The notes beneath the pieces are model-generated. The model worked only from the letters and a program-made list of their open reading frames with translations, searched no databases and was not told where the DNA came from. This document shows positions 24,501 to 36,500 of a stretch of 64,000 nt of DNA, in pieces (within the stretch, counting starts at the first letter, position 1; the number at the start of each line of letters is the position of its first letter). This DNA comes from Vicugna vicugna (taxonomy: Eukaryota). The stretch spans positions 124,001 to 188,000 of the forward strand of contig MU058456.1 in assembly GCA_013265495.1 (NCBI GenBank), given 5' to 3'. A program made the translations under genes and the position numbers.

Positions 24501-27500
24501 GGCAGCGTAGCGGTACCAGAATTAGAGAAGGAAAATGGTATAGAAGCATTGGTACTAGATTATGGGTATTTCTGTAGGTTGACAGGGTAGTGAAGTTAAG
24601 ATCTTTGAGATCAAGAAAATACAGAATTGAGCTGAAGAGTAATAACTTACCTGAGGAAGAAAAAGACCAGTGACTTGAATCTCACTTTGTGTTGTTATAA
24701 GAACCATGCTCTAATAATACCTTAGTGGTTATCTAAGTCTGGAAGAAAAGCAACATTTGATGATTAACATCATTGTTTCCTTGATAATTTCTGTGAAGCT
24801 TTCTCTTTTGGGACGAAGAATTTAATTGTCTACTTTAAGGTTTTTACTCATCATTTCAAGTATATTTGAGTATTTTCACCTTCTGAGGGTTTGTGGGGGA
24901 AGGGTTAGTCTAAAATGAAATTTGTTCATTATTTTAGTAGGAGTTATTTTTTGGAGGTCTGTCTAATTACATAGCATTAGAAATTAGTTGTTCTTGGCAT
25001 ACACATGTGCACACACACAGAGGCATACGTTGTTTTATTGAATTCTGCTTTATTGTGCTTCACAGATACTGTGATTTTCAGCAAATTGAAGTTTTGTGGC
25101 AACTCTGCATTGTCAGATGATGGTTACATTTTTTAGCAATAAAATATTTTTATTTAAGAAATGTACATTTTTTAAAGACATAATGCTGTTGCATACTTAA
25201 CAGACTACAGTATAGAGTAAATATAACTTGCATATGCACTGGGAAACCAAAAAATTCATATCGTTCACATTGTGATTGTCTGGAGCCAAGCTTGCAGTAT
25301 CTCTGATGTATGCCTATATCTTTTTTGTAAGCATATGCTATTTTTATATATGATGTATAGAAGTGTAGGAAATGTTTACTGAGTTCATAAACAAATACAA
25401 AAGAGATATACTGTATTCTGTTTAAAAGAAAAAAAATTTCTTGCCCCAAACCATTTGACTTGAGAAGCTCCATTCCCCACCCAATCAGTAGCAGATGGCA
25501 GGCATTTCTTGACTTCCCCTCCCTGCTGGTGGGATTGGATATCCTCAGTTCTGGTTCTGACCTGCCAGACTTAGCCAGGAGTGTGAGTTGCTGGAGACCC
25601 TGCTCTTGAAGGCTTCCCCCTTCTTCATGTTCTCAGATCCTTCTAGAGCCCCTGACCCTTCCCCTGTTCCTTCCCTTCTCTCTGTAGGAGGGAAGAAGGG
25701 GTTTCTTGTCACTATGACCTTGGCTAGGTCTGGGAAGATGTGTTTCCATTTTGTCCGAATTTTTATGTGTTTTTTTTTCCATTGGGACAGTATTAGTAAA
25801 GGTGGGTAGTACTCTTTATTATATTTTAAAGTTAAGTAACCTTTACAGACCAGCATAGCAACTATAAGACATTTTATAATATTTTAATGGGAAACAACTG
25901 AGTTACAAATGAACTTTGATGCAACATAATGGTAAGTTGCCATTTATTTACAGTTTAATTTATAAATGCAATTTCACACATTATGCTAAAACGAGAACTG
26001 CTAACAATAACTTAAATCTTTATCTTTGATTGGATTAGATTTGCTCTTGACTTGATGCTTTTAGCATTCCTAATCAGAAAACTTTTAGGTGACTAGTAAG
26101 TGAGGTAGACATGAAATATTTAATGTCAAAATTGAAATAAAGTAATTACTCTTGAGCAGTGACTTTCAAACTCTGAGGACCCACAGGATAAGGTAGGAAG
26201 TGAAGCAATCAGTGCATTTTTTTTTGTTATTAACGTTTGTTAAGACTATGCTTAATTTTTTAAGGGAGTTTTTTTTTTTTACTTAATTAAGGCTGGAAAG
26301 CACTGTTTGAAGAAAACAAAATCATTATATTCTGTATTATATTAATTTTAAAAAGGGCAGAGGCCCTTTTTAAAAACATTACCCTTGTGGATGTCTGTAA
26401 ATGGACTAAAAATGTTGTTAAATTTTGTAGTTTTGCCGTGATACCGTACTACTTGACCCTTCTGTCTCTTAGGTTATTAATGATAAACATTTCAACAAAC
26501 TGAATTATCTTCCTGTATTAAAAATGTGGTATGAAGATAAATGTATAATTTTTAAAGCCATATAATAGATGAGTGGAGTGGTTCAGTTGAAAATTAGCTT
26601 TTGGGAAATAAATTTTAACTAATTGAAAAATGTGTTTTGTAAACAAGACCTCATTGTTGATTGAGGACTGTCTGGAGATTTTTCTGGTTTCATAGCACAT
26701 CACAAGCATTTAACTATATTTCTTTTATAGATTATTGTTTTAACTTAATTCATGAAAATATTACTATCAGGATGAGTTTTAATTATATAAGGCATACTTG
26801 TGGAAGTTCATTTGACCTTGGAATAAATAAAGATTTAGAGTTTACATTTCTGTTAATTGTTAATAGTGATGATGCTGCTGATACTGGGAATTAAGAGTTT
26901 TATGCATTTACTCTTTGCCAGAGACTGTTAGGCAATTTTCCATATATCATCTGATTTAATCCTCATGACAGCTAGGAGATGTAGGTATGATTCTTACTCC
27001 AGTTTATAGATGAAACAACTCAGGCTTAGAGAAGTTGAGTGACTAGCCAGAGTTCTCACAGCTAGTGTGTGGCAGAGCTGAGTGTCAGAGCCAGATTGTC
27101 TGACTCCAAAGCCGGTGAGTCTCATCACTTTGTTATTTAAGTTGTATGGATTCAATTTTGTTATATTTTAACAAACAGTTTCTAGGATACCTCATGAAAA
27201 AAGTCACATTATCTAAGCTGTTATTTCAGGGGGAAAGGAGCCTACAGAATTTCAGAATTGAAGCAAGTTATTTTTCCTGTAAGAATTCCAGTAATAAAGG
27301 TTTCTTTTTATTGCTATGTTTATATAATGATAAAATCAAGGCTTTGCAAATTCAACACTTGATTATATTTAGCTTGGACTCATGGGTAATGATGTTTGGT
27401 TTCCTGTCATACTAGCACCATCATTACTACGTGCTTCTTTATACATTTTCTTAAGACAGCATACAGCCATTTATAGAAACCATTGAGCCATATAACCACT

Positions 27501-30500
27501 GCTCCCTGGTAGGATAAGTTATAACCACAAGTAGTCGTATTACATGGAAGTCAAGAGTTACAATTTATGGTTTGAGGACTTGGACCATGGGAGAAATCTT
27601 CTGTACTAATTGAGCCATCTGAGAATTAGCAAAACAAAGCCATAGCTGAAAATATCAACTTTTAAGTCTGACATAGGAAATAACTTAAATTCTTTCTTTG
27701 CTTCTGTCTTTGTGTTCTTGACAATGAACTATCTGGTAAAGTTTCCAATAAATTTGTGTCAGATAGTCTGAAACATAGTGGATAGTTTTAAAATATTGAT
27801 ACTGTCAGGGTCAGTTTTACAATTCTCTTATTTTAAAGGTCTTAAATTTTTAAAATTTGAAACTCTTAGTAAGTTTTGAGATCCTAACAGATTTGCTTTT
27901 CTTTAGGAGTAGATCCCATAATAGATCACGTTCAAGACAAAAGGATAGACGTAGATCTAAGAGCCCTCATAAAAAACGTTCTAAATCAAGGGAGAGACGG
28001 AAGTCAAGAAGTCGTTCGCGTTCACGGTGAGTTTTTGGAAAATAAGGCTAATTTTTTCATGGCATCATTTGTTAAAAAACTGTGTGGTTTAGGTTTTTAA
28101 TGAAAGAAGTTAAACTTTCTTCTGATTATTTTAGTAGATTAATATTAATTGCCATTGATTTGAATCTGATGGTCAGTATGACTTGTGAGGTTTCCAGACT
28201 TCTTAATTCAGCCTGGTAATTATATCATTTAGCAGCTTCATTGCACATGAATTATATAGAAACTTATGCATAATGTCTTATAGCTATTATAAATTGTTTT
28301 ATGTTGATAGTGGTTGAGGGAAGAGGAGGAGGTCCTTTTTTGGGGAGTAGAATAATTTCCATTGTGAACTTACTTATTTTTGTTTTTAAAGGGACAAAAG
28401 AAAAGACACCCGAGAAAAAATCAAGGAAAAGGAAAGAGTGAAAGAAAAAGATAGAGAAAAGGAAAGGGAAAAAGAGAGAGACAGGGAAAAGGAACGTGAA
28501 AAAGAAAAAGAACGGGGTAAAAACAAAGATAAAGACCGGGATAAAGAACGGGAAAAGGACCGAGAGAAAGACAAGGAGAAGGACAGAGAGAGAGAGCGGG
28601 AAAAAGAACATGAAAAGGAACGAGACAAAGAGAAGGAGAAGGAACAGGACAAAGAAAAGGAACGAGAAAAGGACAGATCCAAAGAGATGGATGAGAAAAG
28701 AAAGAAGGATAAAAAATCCAGAACACCACCCAGAAGTTACAATGCATCAAGAAGATCCCGTAGTTCCAGCAGGTTTGATAATTTCAACTTTTTACCAAGG
28801 GGTTTACTGATGACAAATGAAAACATAAATTTTAATTGAGGGGGAAAAGATTATTTTATACAAGTAGAATCAGTATAATAATATGAGAACATTTCCCTCT
28901 GATGGAAGTCTAAACATTTCTCTAGCAGAGGGGTTGTTACAGTATTGAACCTATGAGGAGAAAGAGATACTATTGGGCAAAATTACTTGAAAAGTTAACT
29001 GCCCTTTGTGATCCACTGTTTGAACCTCGCAGTGGCACCAGTGGCTGCAGTTGCTGCTGCTTACTATTTCCTTGGAGGGTAGGATGGCAGGGACAAGTTT
29101 TTTTTTTTTTTTTAAGTACAGAGAAATTGACTCATATTGACCCATTATGCTTCTCTGTTTCCTTGAAATGATGTCCCTTTTGTCATCTCAGTTTATTTTT
29201 ACTGCCCAATTTTGTTGAGTGCATGATGTTTAAATTTTAATTTTCATTTCGTTGTTAAAGATTTGCTATTTTCCTTAGGACTGTTCCCTCAACTTATTAG
29301 TAGGTACACTGCCACCAGGTGGCAGCATGTTGCTATAGTAACAGCAGCAAAATGAGGACTTTCCTTAATTCAATATTATCTAAACCTACATCCGTTACTC
29401 CACATGGTACCATGACTATAAATAAATGGAAGTTCCTAAGTTGTGTTAAACCATATCTTTAAAGTACTTAAAAATTACATTTTTAGCGAGTTAAAAAAAT
29501 TTTTTAAGCTTTTTTGTAGAAAGTTTCTGAGACAATGGAATATTTTATTTCCTATTTTTAACTTTGTGTTTTAATAACTTATTCTTTTTTTATTGGTTTA
29601 GTTTTATTTTTAATTGAAGTATAGTTGATTTATGTTTCTGTTATATAGCATAGTGATTCAGTTATACGTATATTTTCTTTTTCACTATAGGTTATTACGA
29701 AATGCTGAATGTAGTTCTCTGTGCTATACATTAGAACCTTGTTGTTTATTTTATATTTAATACTTTATATCTGCTTATCCCAAACTCCTAATTTATCCCA
29801 CCCCCTTCCCCTTTGATAACCATAAGTTTATTTTATATGTCTGTGAGCTCTGTTTTGTAAGTAAGTTCATGTGTTCGTTTTTAGATTCCAGCATATTTGT
29901 CTTTCTCTATGTGACTTAACATCACTTAGTATGATCATCTCTAGGTCTATCCATGTTGCTGCAAATGACATTATTTCACTCTTTTTTAATGGCTGAGTAA
30001 TTTTCCATTGTGTATATATACTGCATCTTTATCCAGTCATCTGTTGATGGGCACTTAGGTTACTTCCATGTCTTGGCCATTGTAAGTAGTGCTGCTGTGA
30101 ACATTGGGGTGTGTGTATCTTTTCAAATTACAGTTTTATCCAGATAAATGCCCTAACAGTGGGATTACTGGATCATGTGATAGGTATACTTTTAGTTTTT
30201 TAAGGAACCTCTGTACTGTTTTCCACTGTGGCTGCACCAATTTACATTCCTACCAAAACTGTAGGAGGGTTCCCTTTTCTCCAAGCCCTCTCCATCATTA
30301 TTGTTTGTGGACTTTTTAATGATGGCCATTTTGCTTTTTAAAGGTTAGACTTTATTTTTCACCCAGGTTCTGTTTTTTTTGGGGGGGTTGGAGGTAGGTA
30401 ATTAGGTTTATTCATTTATTTTAGTGGAGGTGCTGGGGACTGAACTCAGGACGTTGTGCATTCTAGGCATGCACTCTTACCACTGAGCTATACCCTCCCC

Positions 30501-33500
30501 CCATGATGGCTGACTGGTGTGAGGTGATACTTCATTGTGGTTTTGATTTGTATTTCTCTGATAATTGGTGATACTGAACAATATTGGCCATCTGTTTGTT
30601 TTCTCTGGACAAATGTCTATTTAGGTCTTCTGCCCATTTTATGATTGAGTTGTTTGTTTTCTTATTGAGTTGTATGAGCTGTTTGCATATTCTGGAAATT
30701 AAGCCCTTGTCAGTTGCATCATTTGCAAATATCTTCTCCCAGTCTATAGGTTGTCTTTTTGTTTTGATTATGGTTTCCTTTGCTTTTTTGTGCAAAAGCT
30801 TGTAGTTTTATTAGGTCCCATTTGTTTATTTTGCTTTTATTTCTCTTGCCTTGGAGACTGACCTAGGAAAACATTGCTACGATTTATGTCAGAGTGTTTT
30901 GCCTATGTTCTCTTCTTGGCAATTTTGATAGCTTGTTCTAATAGTAGGCTTTGGTTAGTTAATAGAAGATAATTGTAAGCATTTTTCCAGTGCTTTACCA
31001 TATGCTAGATATTATGTCTCAGCAGAGTTTTTCATGACTAATTTATTTAATCCTCGTAATAAGCCTCTGAGAAGACTATTATCGTGGTTTAAACCTTGAA
31101 GAAACCAAAGCTTAGAGGAAAATTTCCATCTGCTCTGTACTTAAATCAGAAGTATAGTAGTATATTTACAACAGCCAAAACATGGAAACAGCCTAAATGT
31201 CCATCAATAGGTGACTGGATAAAGAAGATGTGGTATATTTATACAATGGAATACTACTCAGCCATAAAAACTGACAACATAACGCCATTTGCAGCAACAT
31301 GGATGCTCCTAGAGAATGTCATTCTAAGTGAAGTAAGCCAGAAAGAGAAAGAAAAATACCATATGAGATCGCTCATATGTGGAATCTAAAGACTCATGGA
31401 CAGAGAATACAGACTTGTGGTTACCAGGGGGGTAGAGGGTGGGAAGGGATAGACTGGGATTTCAAAATTGTAGAATAGATAAACAAGATTACACTGTATA
31501 GCACAGGGAAATATACACAAAATGTTATGATAAATCACAGAGAAAAAAATGTGACAATGAGTGTGTATATGTCCATGAATGACTGAAAAATTGTGCTGAA
31601 CACTGGAATTTGACACAACATTGTAAAATGATTATAAATCAATAAAAAATGTTAAAAAAAAAAAGAAGTATAGTAGTATAGTAGCTCTTTCTTATTTTAG
31701 AGATTTTTTTTGAGGACTCTAACCAGCACTTTTAAAAAATGCGTCAGAAGCATAATATTGAAAGCAACAATATATATTAATAGATTACAATGTATTAATA
31801 GATTACAAATCAATAGATCATTGCCACATTTCAGCATTTTGAACCAAAACCTGAAGAATTAAATTCATTTGCTGTGGGTATTAATTAACCTTGTGGACTG
31901 CATCTTTATAGCACAGTTATTATATTATGTTTCACACATTCCTTTGTGTTTATATGATTGTTTAGACATTGTCCTCACAACACCATATAATGTTTTGGTT
32001 CCTTTTAAATTCAGTTGAATTTACTTTTCCAGATGACTTTGAAATGTTTAATGTTTTCATGGGCCATTTTAAGTCACTTGATATTTAAGAAAGTTCAAAT
32101 GTTCACATTCAGTCCTAAGTAAGTTCTTAAATAACCTCTGGGGCCTGAGGAATAGATGGTGACTAACGTTAGTTCCTAAAGTTCAGCAGTTTGGAATATT
32201 TCATGCTTTCAGAGGAACTTTGTGAAGAGAAACGATTTCTCATCTTTTAACATTTTTCTTCCTTTCAGGTGCTCTGATGTTTAGTGAATGGGAAATATGT
32301 TAACTGTTCAGAAAAATAGTATACTTAATATTTTTATTTCCAACGTTGTCTTCTAATCTAGGTTTTTAAGGAAACAATTTGATATTTAGAAATTTTTAAT
32401 GCTTGAAATTATTACCAATAAGGATGAAACCAAGGAAGAGAAGGAGAAAATACTTACTGAGCACCTGCTATGCACCAGGCACTAGGCTTAGTACTTTACA
32501 GTGTTACTCTAAATCTTCGTAACAACACTACAAGGCTTGAGTTATTGTCTCCATTTTCCAGTTGGAAAAACTAAGACTCAGATAATAAGATTCCAGTCAT
32601 GCAGCTGATTAGGTGTGGAACTAAAATTTAAATATAAGCCTAACCAACTCGAGTTCTGCATACTGGAGCTGACAGCTGCTTTCTAACTGACATTCTGGAT
32701 TGCTGTCTGTTCCAGCCTTAGCTCTCACACCACCTGGTAGTTTATTAGATGTCCACCTGTACATAGTGCTTCCTGAACAACAATTAAAGAGTTACATAAT
32801 GCTGATGAAGATGGAGCCATTCTATGTAAATGTGAAGTCTGGGATAACATTCTCGTGTTATGAAAAAAATACTCCCAGTTCTTGTGCCAGGGTGCATGAG
32901 GGGGTGTTGCTACAGAATGGCATTGATTAAATGGAATATCGTTATGTAATTTCCATCTTAGGAAGTATAATTTGGGGGTAACTTGGAAATAAAGTGGGGT
33001 AATGGAAGGGAGAATCTTAGGTAGAGTTTGAATTGATTTATTTGTGTTCTCAAAGTTCTTGAGCTGTTTTGGTCTTAACATCTACTATATATACCACATA
33101 TGAGCATTGTCTAGTTTTTTATTTTATAGATGAAGAACGTACACAAAATGTTTCATTCGCCTAGAATCAGCTTACTCAGGTAATAAAGAGAATTTGAATT
33201 CTAGACGATTTGGTTCTTTCAGCTCTGTGACCACTAATTATCAGAGCTCCTTGTGAGGTAGATCACTGGATACATTAGTCATTTACTAAATATATCCTCA
33301 TATCTCATCACCTGAATAGTAGACAACTTGAAATTCATTATTTCTAAGGTGACCACCCCTACAAATGAAGTAATTTATTAGAGTATGCATCATTTGCTAA
33401 TATGTTAAGCAAAATAGACTTTTAATAATAATAAACACTTAATCTAGTTAATTATTTTTGACTCTGTCATATTTAAATTCCAGGCTTTAAATAATTTTCC

Positions 33501-36500
33501 TTACATCTAAGCAGCCTGTGTGCTCAATTTTAAATGACTAGAACAGTAGTAATGAAGTGGTAGGAGGTTGGAGGGTCAAAGCAATTTCTTTGTAAAATGA
33601 ATCAATGTAAATACTTTTTAAAGAGATATTTTAAATACTTGGGTTTAAAAAGTTCACATTTTGCGAGCCCACTTACCTTTCTTTTCTTGAAAAGGGCCTG
33701 TTACCTTGTTACACAGTAATCCACAGTGGGGCAGCAGGGAGCTAGATGCACGGCAAGGGATCGGATGAAACATACTTTAGATCCTGAGGAAGAATATGTT
33801 TAGCTTGAGAGAGAATCTGAAACATCCATTAATACTTTTTGTACTCAAGAAATTACTGTCCAAATAAATCAGGTGAAAAGGAGATCCTCTACCCTTTCTA
33901 ATATGAAATCTTAGAAAATGTTTTCATTGGTCTGTAAAATTCATAGTTCATAATTTGACCTGCTAAAAATTAGATGGTAGAACATTTTCATGAAAGTCAT
34001 TAATTTAAACTGGCCTCTAAAGAATACCATTCACTTGAGATCATTAAGGACCCTTTTGCTTTTGTATATTTGAATTACCTTTTAAATTGTTGTTTTTTAA
34101 AATGATATATTTTTAACTTTCAGGGAAAGGCGGAGGAGGAGGAGCAGGAGTTCTTCCAGATCACCAAGAACATCAAAAACCATCAAAAGGAAATCTTCTA
34201 GGTCTCCATCTCCGAGGAGGTAGGTTGAAAGCTTCTGCTAAAACTTAGGAGGAAGTAGGGGGAAAATCTCTCTATTCAGTCTATTTTTTTAACCTTTATA
34301 TTTTGATGAGTAATATATAACACATTTGCATGGTATAGAAATCCAAACAGTATGAAAAGTTACACTATGATAGGTCTTAACTTCCACCCATGTGTCCATC
34401 CACTCTGTCCTCGTAAGTAATGGCTTTACTAGTTTTTTTGTATATAGGTACAAAGGGTAGCACAGAATACACAGTGTTGTGTAATTGCTTTTGTCTCTTA
34501 ACTACCAGGAGAACTTTCTGTATTCATCAGAAAGTGCTACTTCATTCCTTTTTACAGTTGCATGGGCTTCCAGTGTGTGACAGTACCTTGGTTTAGGTAA
34601 CCGGCCTGTGGTAGAATGGGCTTTCTTAATTTGTCTTTTATGAGTTTTACAAGCCTGTAGTGAACAACTGTGGACTTACATCATTTTATAATGTGCGAGT
34701 ATGCAGGAAAATTCTCCAGAAATGGTATTGTTGGGTCAGAGGGTGAGGTGTTCGTAATACTGAGAGATGTTTACTTCCATATTGTTCTTCATAAGGATTG
34801 GCAGCGGCTTGCACTTTAATCAGCTGCGTATGCGTGCCTGTTTCCCTACGGCTACGACAGATTGTTACCAGAGTTGTGGATTTTTGTCCATCTGATAGAT
34901 GAGAAATGGTACAGTTACAGTAAATTTAGTTGCATTTCTCTTAAGAGTGAGGTGACCATCTCTTCATATATTTGAAGGCCATTTGTATTTCTTTTTCTGT
35001 GAATTGTATACATTGCCCATTTTTTTTGTGGGGTCTGTTTTTGTGTTTGTTTCCCCCCCCCCATTTCCAGTGATTTGATTTCAAATATCATTCCTAGTTT
35101 GTCCTTTTTCCTATTTGTTCATGAGACTTGATTTTATAGAGATGTTTGATTTTTATATAGTTTAATTTCTCAGTTTTTTTTTGAGACTTCCACATTTTGA
35201 GTCTTAAAGTGAGAAAGGTCTTTTCTGTTCCAAGATTATAATAAAATTCCCCCATTGCTGTTGTTTATACTTTTATGGTTTTATTTTTTGCATTTATGTC
35301 TTTGATCCATTAGAAGTTTATCCTTATGTACAATATGGCATATGGGTCCAGTTTTATTTTTCCAAATGCTGCTTTGTTGTTCTAATATCATTTTATTAAA
35401 AATTCAGTTTTTCTAACCCTAATATGATATGTTGCTTATGTCACGTACTAAATTTTTCTGTCTGTATTGGAGTCTATTTCTGGGCCTTCCATGCTGTTGG
35501 ATTGGTTTGACTGATGATTTATGTACTGGTGCCTCTTGCTTTAAATTATTCAGATTGTATAGTATTTTAAAATGTTTAGTAAGGCCTATTTTCCCCCACA
35601 TCCTCATATTGCTCTTTTTTTTGAGCATTCTTGACCATTCTTGTGTATTTATTTTTCTGTTTGAACTTAAGAGTCAGTTGTCTAGGTTATAGAAATAAAA
35701 CCTACTGATAATTTGTATTACAGTTTTATTAAGTTTATTAATTAACATAGGAAAATTGATAAATAGATCTATTAATAAATAAAGCTTTATGATGGTGAGT
35801 CTTTTCATCCAGAAACATGGATGGCTTACTTATTCAGACCATCCTTAGTGTTTTTCATGAATGTTTCAGTGTTTGTTTCATACAGGTTTTATGTATTTTT
35901 GAAGTTTATTCCTAGATATTTTTTACTTTTCTGTTCTTGCAAATGAGGTCTTTTCTTCCATGATGTCATGTAATTGGAGACTGGGTTTGTACCTACCTAG
36001 GAAGGGTATTGATTTCTTGGTATTTATTTTTTCAGCCCATTATTTTACTGATGGGTCATGGTTTTTCATTTGGTTTTCTGTAATCTTCTAAGTATAGAAA
36101 AGAGAAATTTATAAAAAGTTTTGCTAGGGTAGAAGAAGCATGTTTCTCATCAGGGTTCTTTTGTTTGTGAATTATTTTTAGGTGAGAATAATGGAAGGCA
36201 TTAGGGATACTGTAGAGGCAGGTCAAATTTGTATTTTAAAAAATACTTTACTCATGAAAGTCAAAACTTTTCTTAGTTGTGAACTCAAATTAGACAAAAA
36301 ATTTGCACAGTATCACTTCCTTCCCCATTCCTTCTAGTTCGTTCCGCATCCACCCTCTGTGAGTGATCAACTGTTTGTAAAAAGAAACACAGGAAGAATA
36401 AAATAAAATTAATCAGACACATACATTTGAATTTCTCCTTTTCTTCACAAAAGACAGCATTCACTATATATACACTGTATGTGTGTAAGTCTGTATATGG

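Noticed and set aside
28264..28810. Several long ORFs on the minus strand and alternative frames over the EK exon
   Set aside because: They are by-products of the low-complexity purine-rich exon, which rarely forms stop codons; no independent gene signal.
31775..31808. Tandem duplication of tattaatagattacaa (similar short duplications near 43119 and 49560)
   Set aside because: Ordinary slippage duplications with no sign of function.
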